The notes below the pieces were generated by a model. That model saw only the letters and a list, made by a program, of their open reading frames with translations, searched no databases and was not told where the DNA came from. A DNA stretch of 60,667 nucleotides, counting the filler. It is 4 parts of 4 records of this genome, joined end to end, with 100 filler letters (N's around TTAATTAATTAA, not from the genome) between each part and the next. Parts side by side here need not be neighbours in the genome. Positions count along the whole stretch, not along the records: positions 15,153 to 42,793 come from SRR20825019_1233; 3 more parts are not named here. One strand, 5' to 3'. Position numbers and translations under genes: made by a program. Numbering within the stretch: position 1 is the first letter of the stretch; every line of letters begins with the position of its first letter. Below, one piece after another: positions 28,202 through 37,975 of the stretch.

Positions 28202-28417
28202 CCTGCCTCTATGCGCTTCTGTTTTTATCCATAGTAGTTGATCCTGGCAGGCTGCGGAAATCCACACCCAGCCGATGGATTCTCTGAACATTGCAAACAA
28301 TTGAAAAATTCGTGCAAAAAATACGCAAACCTGTTCGCACTCTGCGATAATCATCAGTAACTAAACGTTACATATGTTTACATTGATCGACGAACCGATT
28401 CCAAAGGAGCGGCTCTC

Positions 28418-28780
28418 ATGGCCATCAAACGCATCACCGGCGCTCTCAGCCTGTTACTGGCACTGGCCTCGCAACCGGTCATGGCAGGCAACCTGGACGT
28501 GTTGCTAAGTGGAATCTTCCCCGATAAACAAGCCACTTACATTGGCTATGAAAGCATTGAGCGTGAAGACATTCCCGCCACATCGGCCGTCGAGCGTAAA
28601 TACCTGATCGTCGATTTCAGATTCGAGTCCGAGCCCCCTCAGGAACAGCTTCAGGCCAACGTACACCGGGTCTGCATGGCTCTGCTGAAAGATCGCGAGC
28701 TGATTCGCTCGCTGTCCGACTCGGGCTACGACATGGTCGCTGTCGCCTTTGACCGCAAGTCGCAGTTCGACTGCCTCTGA
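28418..28780 (+). CDS. Hypothetical exported protein
   Basis: AAGGAG SD, signal peptide and two Cys. Confidence 0.75.
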   Translation: MAIKRITGALSLLLALASQPVMAGNLDVLLSGIFPDKQATYIGYESIEREDIPATSAVERKYLIVDFRFESEPPQEQLQANVHRVCMALLKDRELIRSLSDSGYDMVAVAFDRKSQFDCL

Positions 28781-28790
28781 CACTGTCCAG

Positions 28791-31619
28791 TCACTGATCC
28801 CGTCCCAGAAGGCGCGGAAAGGATTCGAGAGCACTGTTCACGGAATCCAGGTTAAACGCCTCCACGTCCGCCAGCAGTTTCTCTCCATATCGGGTAACCG
28901 AGGGCGAACGGAACCGCTTACCCCATTCCAGCACCCGGTTGGCAAAATCCTTCATCTGTTCCGGATCGCCGCTTTCACGTACCGTCTCCCACTCGTCGCC
29001 AAAATCCCGTGCAAGTTGCTCCTGCAACCATCCACGCTCCTGCATGCTGAGCGTCTGTGCCAGCAGTCGTTCCGACTCCTGGGGCGTACCATCTTCTTCG
29101 GCCTGGGCACCGGTTGCCTCAACCCGAGGAAGCTTGACCGTAAAGGTGGAGCCCGAGCCAGGCTCACTCTCAACCTGCAGTTCACCGCCCATCATGCGCA
29201 CCAGCTTGCGGCTGATGGCCAGGCCCAGCCCCGTGCCCCCATAACGCCGCGTGTTCTGCCCTTCCTGCTGTTCAAAGGCGTCGAAGATCTGCTCCTGCTG
29301 GCCGGGAGGAATTCCGATGCCGGTATCGGACACCGTCACAACCAACCGGTAAAAGCAGCGACGATCTGCCTCACTGGCCACCTCTTCGACCGGCTGCTTC
29401 TCCGATGACTTCCGCGGTGTAGCCGTGGCGCGGACCGTCACACCACCTTCATGGGTAAACTTGATGGCATTGCCAACAAGATTGAAAAGCACCTGCCGCA
29501 GTCGTGTTTCATCCAGCATCATCGCCGCCGGCATCTTGGAGTCAACGCTGACTTCCAGCGAGATACCCTGCTCGGTAGCGCGCAGGTCGAATATGTGGCG
29601 TACATCACTGAGCAGCCGCCGCACCGACACCGCCGAATACTCCAGCCGCATCTTTCCTGCTTCGATGCGGGACAGGTCCAGGATGTCGTTGATCAGCATC
29701 AGCAGGCTGCGGCTGCCCGCGCGAATGGCATCCAGGTAATTCCGCTGCTGGGGATCCTTGACGGTATTACTGAGCAAGTCGCTGTAGCCAATCACCGCGT
29801 TCATCGGCGTGCGGATCTCATGGGACATATTGGCGAGGAATTCGCTTTTCGTCAGGCTGGCCGCCTCAGCTTCCCGCGCCAGGCGTTCCGCCTCCAGCTT
29901 GGCCGCCCGAAGTTCGTCTTCGCTGCGGCGTAGTGCGTTTTCAGATCGGATTCGCTCGTCCACCTCCCGTGACAGTTTGCGGTTCCAGTATAGGAAGATC
30001 AGCACCACCACTAAGGCGATAAGCACGATCCGGCGCACCACGGTGTAGTCCGTTTCCTGCTCGATATCCAGGTGGATCCAGCGATTGTAGATCGACTCGG
30101 TCTCGGCCGCGTCCAGACTGCCCAACGCTTTATTGAGGATACGCTGCAGTTCGGGCCGCTCCTTGCTGACGGCAAACCTCAGCTCATACTGGTAAGGCGT
30201 AATGCTCGTTATCCGAAGGTTGGACAACCCCAGGCGGGCAACGGTATAGCTGACTGCCGGAATATGAGTCACCATGACGTCGAGGTCGCCGTTGGACAGG
30301 GCCAGCAGCCCTTCCTCGATGGACGTCATCGGATACAGATCGAGATTGGGGTGGTTGATCAATAGGTAGTCATGCCCCGCCTGGCGGTTAACCACACCCA
30401 CCTTTTCGTCTCTCAGCTCCCTCAATTCGCCGATAAAGCGACCGTCGTCACGGATGGCAAGGGCAATGGGAACGGTCAAATAGGCACGGCTGAACAGGAA
30501 AGATTCCTCGACCCTTGGGGTTCGGGACATTGCGGGCAGTATATCCACCTCCCCCGAACGCAAAGCGTTTTCCTCATCGGCGCTGTTGTCCATCACCTGA
30601 CGGCTGAAGCGAATGTTCAGTTGTTCTTCCAGGCGTTTGACCAGATCCGGCACGAGCCCGGCAGACTGACCATTCTGGGTATACTCGAACGGCGGCCAAT
30701 CCGGCCGGAAGGCCACTCGAAGATTCGGGTTTTGATTGAGAAATGCCCTCTCGTCAACCGACAGGGAAATGGCGGAGGGATCCAGTTCCGGCAACTCGGT
30801 CTGCAACCACGACTGGCGGATCGACCGGTGCTCACCGTGGTCAATCGCCAGAACTGCCTGGTTGAGCACCCGATACAACTGGTCGCGCTCCTGGTCATTC
30901 TCCTGGTGACTCTCCGCTGCCATTTCCAGCACCACGTCGACCGATTGCTGGTTCAGCAGCGTGGCCACCCCAACCCCATTGACCATGGCAGACTGCAGAT
31001 AGTCCGACACCACCGGAACCGGGCCCAGAAACGCATCCGCCTGTCCTGACAACACCCTGCCAACGGCTTCGCTGATACTGGAAACCGGCACGGGTGAAAA
31101 GCTATCGACAGGGTCAAGCAATGCGAACTGGTTGGGATCGTTGGTGATCAGGGCAATGTTCGCGTCCTCAAGGTCCGAGAGCGTGCGAATGCCTGCATCA
31201 TCGGCACCAACGAATATGCCATAGGTCAAACTCATCAGCGGCGAGGAAAGCACTACATTGGAAGGAGGGGAACGATGGGCCAGATGGGTACTCAACCGGG
31301 CATCCAGGGTCCCATCCTGCAACCATTCACCGAGTTGTTCTTCCGGAGCCGACACCGGCTCAATAGGCACACCAAGCTTCTCTGACAGCCGATTGAGGTA
31401 ATCAATGAAGATGCCCGCCAGCTCCCCCTCGCCGGTATCAAACACCAGCGGCACCTGACCACTTCGCACCCCGACCCGGAACGATTCTCTCTCCGCCAGC
31501 CAGCGCAGATCCTCGCTACCCAGCACCGGCGCCGGAGAGGGTTGCGGCGGCTCAGCAGCGGGCACGCCGGGCACCATAATCGCGGTCAGCAACAGCACAA
31601 AATGAAAAACGGACCTCAC
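28791..31619 (-). CDS. Sensor histidine kinase with two periplasmic binding domains (BvgS/EvgS-like)
   Basis: Two PBP domains, a TM segment, [29 protein letters not shown] and GGTGLGL. Confidence 0.9.
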   Translation of the reverse strand: MRSVFHFVLLLTAIMVPGVPAAEPPQPSPAPVLGSEDLRWLAERESFRVGVRSGQVPLVFDTGEGELAGIFIDYLNRLSEKLGVPIEPVSAPEEQLGEWLQDGTLDARLSTHLAHRSPPSNVVLSSPLMSLTYGIFVGADDAGIRTLSDLEDANIALITNDPNQFALLDPVDSFSPVPVSSISEAVGRVLSGQADAFLGPVPVVSDYLQSAMVNGVGVATLLNQQSVDVVLEMAAESHQENDQERDQLYRVLNQAVLAIDHGEHRSIRQSWLQTELPELDPSAISLSVDERAFLNQNPNLRVAFRPDWPPFEYTQNGQSAGLVPDLVKRLEEQLNIRFSRQVMDNSADEENALRSGEVDILPAMSRTPRVEESFLFSRAYLTVPIALAIRDDGRFIGELRELRDEKVGVVNRQAGHDYLLINHPNLDLYPMTSIEEGLLALSNGDLDVMVTHIPAVSYTVARLGLSNLRITSITPYQYELRFAVSKERPELQRILNKALGSLDAAETESIYNRWIHLDIEQETDYTVVRRIVLIALVVVLIFLYWNRKLSREVDERIRSENALRRSEDELRAAKLEAERLAREAEAASLTKSEFLANMSHEIRTPMNAVIGYSDLLSNTVKDPQQRNYLDAIRAGSRSLLMLINDILDLSRIEAGKMRLEYSAVSVRRLLSDVRHIFDLRATEQGISLEVSVDSKMPAAMMLDETRLRQVLFNLVGNAIKFTHEGGVTVRATATPRKSSEKQPVEEVASEADRRCFYRLVVTVSDTGIGIPPGQQEQIFDAFEQQEGQNTRRYGGTGLGLAISRKLVRMMGGELQVESEPGSGSTFTVKLPRVEATGAQAEEDGTPQESERLLAQTLSMQERGWLQEQLARDFGDEWETVRESGDPEQMKDFANRVLEWGKRFRSPSVTRYGEKLLADVEAFNLDSVNSALESFPRLLGRDQ

Positions 31620-31760
31620 TGGATATCCTCACCGGTTCGGCTACAGTTCAGGGAACCATACCCGTAAATTCTTCCGATTGCATTCAGCGGGTTACCCGAT
31701 CTACTCTGATCGTGCCCACAGCGTTTTAAAGCACCGGCTACCTTGGGGAGAACCACAACC

Positions 31761-31994
31761 ATGGATACCAGCAAACACGATTTCAGCACGCTTTTTGAAC
31801 AACTCGGTATGCCATCCGACAGCGTCAGCATTGAGAGTTTTATCGCCCAGCACTCGCCACTGCCCCCGGAAATTGCGTTGCAGGATGCCCCTTTCTGGTC
31901 GGAAAGCCAGTCACATTTCCTCGAAGAGGGCCTCGAGGACGACTCTGACTGGGCGGAAATTATCGATGAGCTCGATGCCCTGATGCGGCACTGA
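31761..31994 (+). CDS. DUF2789 family protein
   Basis: LFEQLG...FIAQH...APFWS...DWAEIIDEL pattern; SD GGAG. Confidence 0.85.
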   Translation: MDTSKHDFSTLFEQLGMPSDSVSIESFIAQHSPLPPEIALQDAPFWSESQSHFLEEGLEDDSDWAEIIDELDALMRH

Positions 31995-31995
31995 G

Positions 31996-33672
31996 TCAGA
32001 CATCACGTCCTGCAATAAGCACCTGGTCGCGGCCGGAGTCCTTGGCGAGGTACAGAGCCTTGTCGGCCCGGTCGAACACATCGTCCTCGTCATCGTCCCC
32101 ATCAAATTCCGCCAGCCCTGCCGAAAACGTCACCGACACCGGTTCTCCCCGGAAATGGAACGGCAGCTCCGCGATATGCCCGCGCATGCTATCCAATACC
32201 GACCGGGCGTTGTCCACATTGGTTTCCGGCAACAGGATCACGAACTCTTCCCCGCCAAAACGGGCGATGAAGTCGGTTGCCCTCAGCCGCTCACGGAGGG
32301 CACGGGCAACCAGTTGCAACACGCGATCACCCGCCTTGTGGCCATAGGAATCGTTCACACGCTTGAAAAAATCAATATCAAGCACACAGACCGACAGTGA
32401 ATGACGATAACGCTGCCAGCGCTGGTACTCGAACGACAGTCGCTCCTGCCAGGCTTCCCGGTTGGGTAATTGGGTCAGGACATCGGTAAGGGCTTTTTCA
32501 CGTTCCTCCCGGAGTTTTTCCCGGACCTGTTCCGACTGGGCCTCCATCGTCACCAGTTTTTCCTGCATGAGCTCCAGTTGCAGCGACAGGTTACGCTCGC
32601 GCTCGGACTCCTGCTCCCGAAACCGCTCGACGGCCCCACTGATCGTCTCGAGGTGCTGGCTCACTGAGTCTTTCAGCCCGTCGAAGTCAACACTGCTTTC
32701 CACTTGCTGGCCGAACGACCATAGCTCCTGGCGGATATCGCGATCCAATTCCTGCGAGGCATCCAGTCGCCCGGCCTGGGCATTCGCCTGCTCGGTAAAA
32801 CACTGGCGCAACGCGTCCAGCCGTTCATCGAGACGCCGAAGGAAGGCCTCAAACTCCCTTTGCCCCCGGGTAACCGCGGCGATTACCAGTTCCGCCACGC
32901 TGCTCAGCCCCTCCCGCAGCTCATCCCAGTTATCGCTGCTCAACAGCGATTCCTGTAGCCGTCGGGCTCTTGCCTCCGACGCAGCCTCCAGTGTCACCTG
33001 ATCCAGCATATGCCCCAGCAGTTCACCAACCCGCCGTGCAATCTTCAGGCGTTCGCTGTCTTCTGTGCCAGGCATCGCCAGTTCAACGGCAGGCGAAGCC
33101 AGCGTGTTCTCGGCGGCTTCCGCCAACATCGGCTGGTCGGACGGCTCCTGGCTTCCCCGGCCACCAAACAGCCGGCCAAACCGACTTCGTTTGCGATCCT
33201 GCCCGTCACCGCTGCCCAGCCCAGTTTCCAACACCAATGCCAGATCGACCAACCATCCGGTCGCATCGAGCTGAAGGGTTTCCGGTTTCCGGAGTCGCTT
33301 CTCCAGGTCTCGAATACGGTCCTTGCCGGATTTGAACATAGGATGGGAGCGCAGTTCCGACAGCAACTGCTCGAATGTGGTTCTCAGCCGGTCCGTGGAT
33401 TCAGATTTGCGGTCGTCCAGGGCCGCCACCTGGCGGTCAATTCTCTCCTGCAAATCCCGCCAGCTGTCTGCGTTGAGAGGGGGTTTTCGTAACTCGTCAC
33501 GAACCCGTTCCAGCAAACGGTCCAGCTCCGCAGTCTGTCCTTCGGACGCCAGACTGGTACGCACCAGCATACGCTGAAGTAGGTTCCTTTCAGCTTCCCA
33601 ATGCGATTCACGCTGTTCTGAAGATTCAAGTGCCTGGAGGTATTTATCCTTCCAGGATGGGTCCGATGACAT
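31996..33672 (-). CDS. Diguanylate cyclase with coiled-coil N-terminus (DgcP-like)
   Basis: WKDKYL N-terminus, DIDFFKRVNDSYGHKAGD, and RATD...RFGGEEF (I-site and A-site). Confidence 0.9.
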   Translation of the reverse strand: MSSDPSWKDKYLQALESSEQRESHWEAERNLLQRMLVRTSLASEGQTAELDRLLERVRDELRKPPLNADSWRDLQERIDRQVAALDDRKSESTDRLRTTFEQLLSELRSHPMFKSGKDRIRDLEKRLRKPETLQLDATGWLVDLALVLETGLGSGDGQDRKRSRFGRLFGGRGSQEPSDQPMLAEAAENTLASPAVELAMPGTEDSERLKIARRVGELLGHMLDQVTLEAASEARARRLQESLLSSDNWDELREGLSSVAELVIAAVTRGQREFEAFLRRLDERLDALRQCFTEQANAQAGRLDASQELDRDIRQELWSFGQQVESSVDFDGLKDSVSQHLETISGAVERFREQESERERNLSLQLELMQEKLVTMEAQSEQVREKLREEREKALTDVLTQLPNREAWQERLSFEYQRWQRYRHSLSVCVLDIDFFKRVNDSYGHKAGDRVLQLVARALRERLRATDFIARFGGEEFVILLPETNVDNARSVLDSMRGHIAELPFHFRGEPVSVTFSAGLAEFDGDDDEDDVFDRADKALYLAKDSGRDQVLIAGRDV

Positions 33673-33720
33673 TTAGCGCTCCTGGCCCTTTTACTGGACG
33701 CCTGTTCCGTGACTGATGCC

Positions 33721-34674
33721 TCAACGATGCTCCGTTTCCTGCCTGTTACCACGACGGCGAGCCCTGGGATGGCTCTGATCGTAGACCTTTGCCAGATGCT
33801 GGAAATCCAGATGAGTATAGACCTGGGTCGTCGCGATGTCCGCATGGCCCAGCAACTCCTGCACCGCTCGCAGGTCACCACTGGACTCCAGCATATGGCT
33901 GGCGAAGGAATGCCGAAGCAGGTGGGGATGCAGTCTTTGGTCCGCCCCTTTCGACATTCCCCACCGGCTGAGGCGGGACTGGATACTGCGAGTACTGAGC
34001 CGATCACCTCGCCGGCTCACATACAGGGCATTCTCTCCCTCTGGCGCCATCGCTCCGCGCACGTCAAGCCACCGAGCCAGTGCCTCCAACGCCCTTCGCC
34101 CAACCGGCAGGAGGCGTTCCTTGCGCCCCTTACCCAGCACCCGGACCTCCCCACCTCGGGCGTCTACGGATTGGAGATCCAGCCCCGCCAGTTCCGACAA
34201 CCGCAGCCCTGAGGAATACATCAGCTCGAACATGCTCAGGTCGCGAATTTCCAGCGGATCATCGGGCGTTGCGTCCAGCAGGTGATTGAGCTGGTCCACG
34301 TCCGCCACCTTCGGTAGACGCCTACCGGACTTCGGAGCCCGGATGTCCAACGCCGGATTGTCGACAGCCAGGTGTTCCCGTAACAGGTATTCGTAGAACC
34401 GGCGGATGGCAGACAGGTGACGGGCAATACTCCGACCGCCCAAACCTTCACGGCTGAGCTGGGCAACGTATCGTCGCAAGTCGTGGCTGGTGACCGATCG
34501 CCAGGCCGGTGACGGTAGATGCTCAACCCACGCAGCAAAGCGGTTCAGGTCATCGCGATAACTGCCGCAGGTGCGTGGTGAGTGTCGCTTCTCCGACGCC
34601 AGATAACGCAGGAACGCGGCCACAGGCTCTGCCAGTGTGGCAGCCGGGCCGGTTTCCTCGTCAGCCAGCGACAT
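33721..34674 (-). CDS. xerC: Tyrosine recombinase XerC
   Basis: YSSGLRLSEL, GKGRKER, HLLRHSFASH and LLGHADIATTQVYTH; canonical dapF-DUF484-xerC context. Confidence 0.95.
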   Translation of the reverse strand: MSLADEETGPAATLAEPVAAFLRYLASEKRHSPRTCGSYRDDLNRFAAWVEHLPSPAWRSVTSHDLRRYVAQLSREGLGGRSIARHLSAIRRFYEYLLREHLAVDNPALDIRAPKSGRRLPKVADVDQLNHLLDATPDDPLEIRDLSMFELMYSSGLRLSELAGLDLQSVDARGGEVRVLGKGRKERLLPVGRRALEALARWLDVRGAMAPEGENALYVSRRGDRLSTRSIQSRLSRWGMSKGADQRLHPHLLRHSFASHMLESSGDLRAVQELLGHADIATTQVYTHLDFQHLAKVYDQSHPRARRRGNRQETEHR

Positions 34675-34676
34675 GG

Positions 34677-35423
34677 TCAGCGGGACTCCGCGACCACATC
34701 GGTGACAGGCAACGTGGCGGCATGCCTTTGCAGGATAGGCGGCAACAGACGGCTCAGGGTGTCGCTGATGTAGGTCAGGAAGAGTGATCCCATACTCTGG
34801 TCGAAGTACCCGGGTTCGCAACTACCCACGGCAAACACCCCGACCAATTCGTTGTTACGCAGTGGCACTAACGCCACGGAGGCAATGGGTTCCTCCCGGT
34901 CCGGGAACAGGAAACTGCGCTCGCTCTCACGGAACTGGCCACAAACGGCGCGATCCCCTTCCAGCAAGCCACCCAGGCGCGCTTTCGCCTCATCCGGCGA
35001 CACCACGTGTAGGGCGCCTTGCGCCGCTGCCGGCAACTCGCTGTCGGTGAAGAGAATCACCGAGGCCGCGTCCAGACCGAAATCACCACGGATACTGTCA
35101 TCAATCGCGGCGGCCATATCATTCAGGTTGCGGGCCTCGATCACCTGCATCAGCAGGCGCTTGCTCTTTTCGAACAGACGGTCGTTGTGGCGTGCAATGG
35201 ACACCAGCTCTACCAACTCGCGACGCAAGGTGTCGCGCTGTTCGCGAAACAGGTGCACCTGGCGCTCTACCAGCGAGATCGCCCGGCCGCTGTCGTGGGG
35301 CAGGGTCAGGCTGCGCAGGAGCTCGTCCTGATCAATAAAGAAATCGGGGTTATTCCGCAGATAATCTGCGACGGCTTCCCGGGTGAGCCCTTCGGCCTTC
35401 TTGTGGGCCGTTTGTTCTGTCAT
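34677..35423 (-). CDS. DUF484 family protein (YigA-like)
   Basis: VADYLRNNPDFF and AISLVERQV; lies between dapF and xerC. Confidence 0.9.
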   Translation of the reverse strand: MTEQTAHKKAEGLTREAVADYLRNNPDFFIDQDELLRSLTLPHDSGRAISLVERQVHLFREQRDTLRRELVELVSIARHNDRLFEKSKRLLMQVIEARNLNDMAAAIDDSIRGDFGLDAASVILFTDSELPAAAQGALHVVSPDEAKARLGGLLEGDRAVCGQFRESERSFLFPDREEPIASVALVPLRNNELVGVFAVGSCEPGYFDQSMGSLFLTYISDTLSRLLPPILQRHAATLPVTDVVAESR

Positions 35424-35439
35424 GCTGCTCTCCTGATGG

Positions 35440-36405
35440 TCAGGGCCTTGATGTGGCCGGCTGGCGATGGCGATTGTTCTGTCGGTTGGTACCTGATTTT
35501 GCATCGCTGTGCCGCGTGCTCTTACGTCGTTTCGGGGGCTGGTCTGCCGGCAGGCGAAGCTGACCCTCGAAAACGCTGGCCGTCGGGCCTTCCATCATAA
35601 CAGGGGCCCCCTCACCCTGCCATTCGATGACCAGGCGCCCGCCTTTCAGCTCGACGTCCACCCGGCTGTCCAGCAGCCCTCGCAGGCAGCCGGCGACCAC
35701 CGCCGCACAGGCGCCACTGCCGCAGGCCATGGTTTCGCCGGAACCACGCTCGAACACCCTCAGGCGAACGCGGGTCCGGTCAATAATCTGCAGGAACCCG
35801 ATGTTGGCCCGCGCCGGGAACCGCGGATGGCTCTCAAGCCTGGGGCCAAACTCGCCTACCGGGGCGGTATCCACGTCATCCACCAATAGCACCCCATGGG
35901 GATTGCCCATGGAGACGGCACTGAGTTCCACGGTATCACCGCCGAGTTCCACCGTGTACACGTCCTTGCGGCGGTCGGCAGCGAACGGGATGGCCGGAGG
36001 ATTGAGTTCAGGAACCCCCATATCGACGGTGACCATGCCTGCACGTCCGACTCTCAATTCGATAACGCCCTTGGCGGTCTGAACCCGGATCACCTTCTTG
36101 TTGGTCAGGCGCTGGTCGCGGACAAAGCGGGCAAAACAGCGGGCCCCGTTGCCGCACTGCTCGACTTCCGAGCCATCGCTGTTGAATATACGGTAGCGGA
36201 AGTCCACATCGGGCAGTCCCGGGGGTTCAACCACCAGCAGCTGATCAAAGCCAATGCCGAAATTCCGGTCGGCCAGTTCGCGGATCATCTCCGGGCGCAG
36301 GCGAAAGGGCTGGCTGATGGCGTCCACCACCATGAAGTCGTTCCCAAGACCGTGCATCTTGGTGAAATTAAGCATTGGGCCCTGATTGCGCCGGGACTGA
36401 CTCAT
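35440..36405 (-). CDS. dapF: Diaminopimelate epimerase
   Basis: [24 protein letters not shown] and [16 protein letters not shown]. Confidence 0.95.
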   Translation of the reverse strand: MSQSRRNQGPMLNFTKMHGLGNDFMVVDAISQPFRLRPEMIRELADRNFGIGFDQLLVVEPPGLPDVDFRYRIFNSDGSEVEQCGNGARCFARFVRDQRLTNKKVIRVQTAKGVIELRVGRAGMVTVDMGVPELNPPAIPFAADRRKDVYTVELGGDTVELSAVSMGNPHGVLLVDDVDTAPVGEFGPRLESHPRFPARANIGFLQIIDRTRVRLRVFERGSGETMACGSGACAAVVAGCLRGLLDSRVDVELKGGRLVIEWQGEGAPVMMEGPTASVFEGQLRLPADQPPKRRKSTRHSDAKSGTNRQNNRHRQPATSRP

Positions 36406-36419
36406 CTCCGCCTCTCCAC

Positions 36420-37670
36420 TCATTCCGGCAAACAGCTTTCTGGGCCAAGCTGTTCTTCCAGGGTTTCCCGCCGACGCACAATGTGCACCTGTTCACCATC
36501 AACCATCAGTTCCGGTGGACGGTTACGGGTGTTGTAGTTGGAGCTCATCACAAAACCATAGGCCCCGGCGGACCGAACCGCCAGCAAATCGCCCGCCTGG
36601 AGTCTCAGCTTGCGATCCTTGCCGAGGAAATCACCGGTCTCACACACCGGCCCAACCAGGTCCCACGCTTTCTCGTCACCGTCGTTGCGGGGCGTTACCG
36701 GGACAATGGATTGCCACGCGCTGTAGAGCGCGGGACGAATCAGGTCGTTCATTGCCGCATCTATGATGGCGAAGTTGCGATGTTCAGTGCACTTGAGGAA
36801 TTCCACCCGCGTCAGCAGGATGCCGGCGTTGGCGGCAATGGACCGCCCCGGCTCCATGATCAGCTCCAGCGACCGATCGCCCAGGCGTTCCGCCAGCGCG
36901 GTCACATAATCCGACGGTTGCGGCGGCTGCTCCTGATCGTAGGTGACCCCCAGGCCACCACCCATGTCCAGATGCCGGATATTAATATTCTTTTGCGCCA
37001 GGGCATCGATCAGTTCCAACACACGGTCCAGCGCATCGAGGAAAGGTGACACCGACGTGAGCTGCGAGCCGATGTGACAATCCACACCTTGTATGTCCAG
37101 GTTTGGCATGGCAGCGGCACGCTCATAGACGGCCGGAGCTTCCGCAATGTCGATGCCGAACTTGTTCTCTTTCAGCCCCGTGGAAATATAGGGGTGGGTA
37201 CCGGCGTCCACGTCCGGGTTCACACGCAGGGAAACCGGCGCCCTGACACCGAGCTCACCCGCCACTTCGTTCAGGCGATCCAGTTCGGTGTCGGACTCCA
37301 CATTGAAACAGCGAACACCGGCCTCGAGGGCGCGGCGCATTTCCCAGCGCTGTTTGCCGACCCCGGAAAAGACGGTTTTCGCAGGATCCCCGCCAGCACG
37401 GATCACCCGCTCCAGTTCTCCGGCAGACACAATATCAAAACCGGCGCCGAGCCTTGCCAACACGTTCAGCACGGCGATATTACTGTTGGCCTTGACGGCG
37501 TAGCACACCAGGTGTGGCCGACCGGCAAGCGCATCATCATAGGCGCGGTAATGGCGCTCGAGGGTGGCGCGGGAATAGACATAGGCTGGCGTACCAAAAC
37601 GCCGGGCAATGTCCTCAACCGCCACGTTCTCAGCGAACAATTCACCGCTGCGGTAATTGAAGTGATCCAT
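36420..37670 (-). CDS. lysA: Diaminopimelate decarboxylase
   Basis: [25 protein letters not shown] and GAYG...SNYN. Confidence 0.96.
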   Translation of the reverse strand: MDHFNYRSGELFAENVAVEDIARRFGTPAYVYSRATLERHYRAYDDALAGRPHLVCYAVKANSNIAVLNVLARLGAGFDIVSAGELERVIRAGGDPAKTVFSGVGKQRWEMRRALEAGVRCFNVESDTELDRLNEVAGELGVRAPVSLRVNPDVDAGTHPYISTGLKENKFGIDIAEAPAVYERAAAMPNLDIQGVDCHIGSQLTSVSPFLDALDRVLELIDALAQKNINIRHLDMGGGLGVTYDQEQPPQPSDYVTALAERLGDRSLELIMEPGRSIAANAGILLTRVEFLKCTEHRNFAIIDAAMNDLIRPALYSAWQSIVPVTPRNDGDEKAWDLVGPVCETGDFLGKDRKLRLQAGDLLAVRSAGAYGFVMSSNYNTRNRPPELMVDGEQVHIVRRRETLEEQLGPESCLPE

Positions 37671-37708
37671 GGATTTCCTGAGCCTGTTATCGGGGCAGCC
37701 TGCCGAAC

Positions 37709-37888
37709 CTAGTGGTCTTCAGCCGGTTCGCTGCTGTCGTGTTCGCTGGATTTCTGACTGGGTGCGGCCTGCTCGGTTGCGGCATCGTCACTGGCAGGTG
37801 CCTGACGATACAACGGCCCCTTCTGGCCACACCCAACCAGAAACACGACCATCACCAGCAGGAACGTAAGTGTCTGTCCTGGCCTCAT
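37709..37888 (-). CDS. lptM: Small lipoprotein LptM/LppL (YifL family)
   Basis: Lipobox LVGC followed by GQKGPLY; upstream of lysA. Confidence 0.85.
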   Translation of the reverse strand: MRPGQTLTFLLVMVVFLVGCGQKGPLYRQAPASDDAATEQAAPSQKSSEHDSSEPAEDH

Positions 37889-37975
37889 GGGTAGCTGCCC
37901 CCGTTGTCTGTATGCACGCAGTATACCTGAGTGAGGCCGCGCCCGGCGAGATGCTACCACCCACGATTCCGGATA

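Noticed and set aside
28357-28382. GTAAC-TAAAC-GTTAC palindrome as a named operator
   Set aside because: A plausible regulator site, but too short to assign to any factor from sequence alone.
33721-34674. XerC as the integrase for the cassette arrays
   Set aside because: It is on a different contig and organism, sits in the canonical dapF-DUF484-xerC context, and shows no sign of the IntI-specific insertion.
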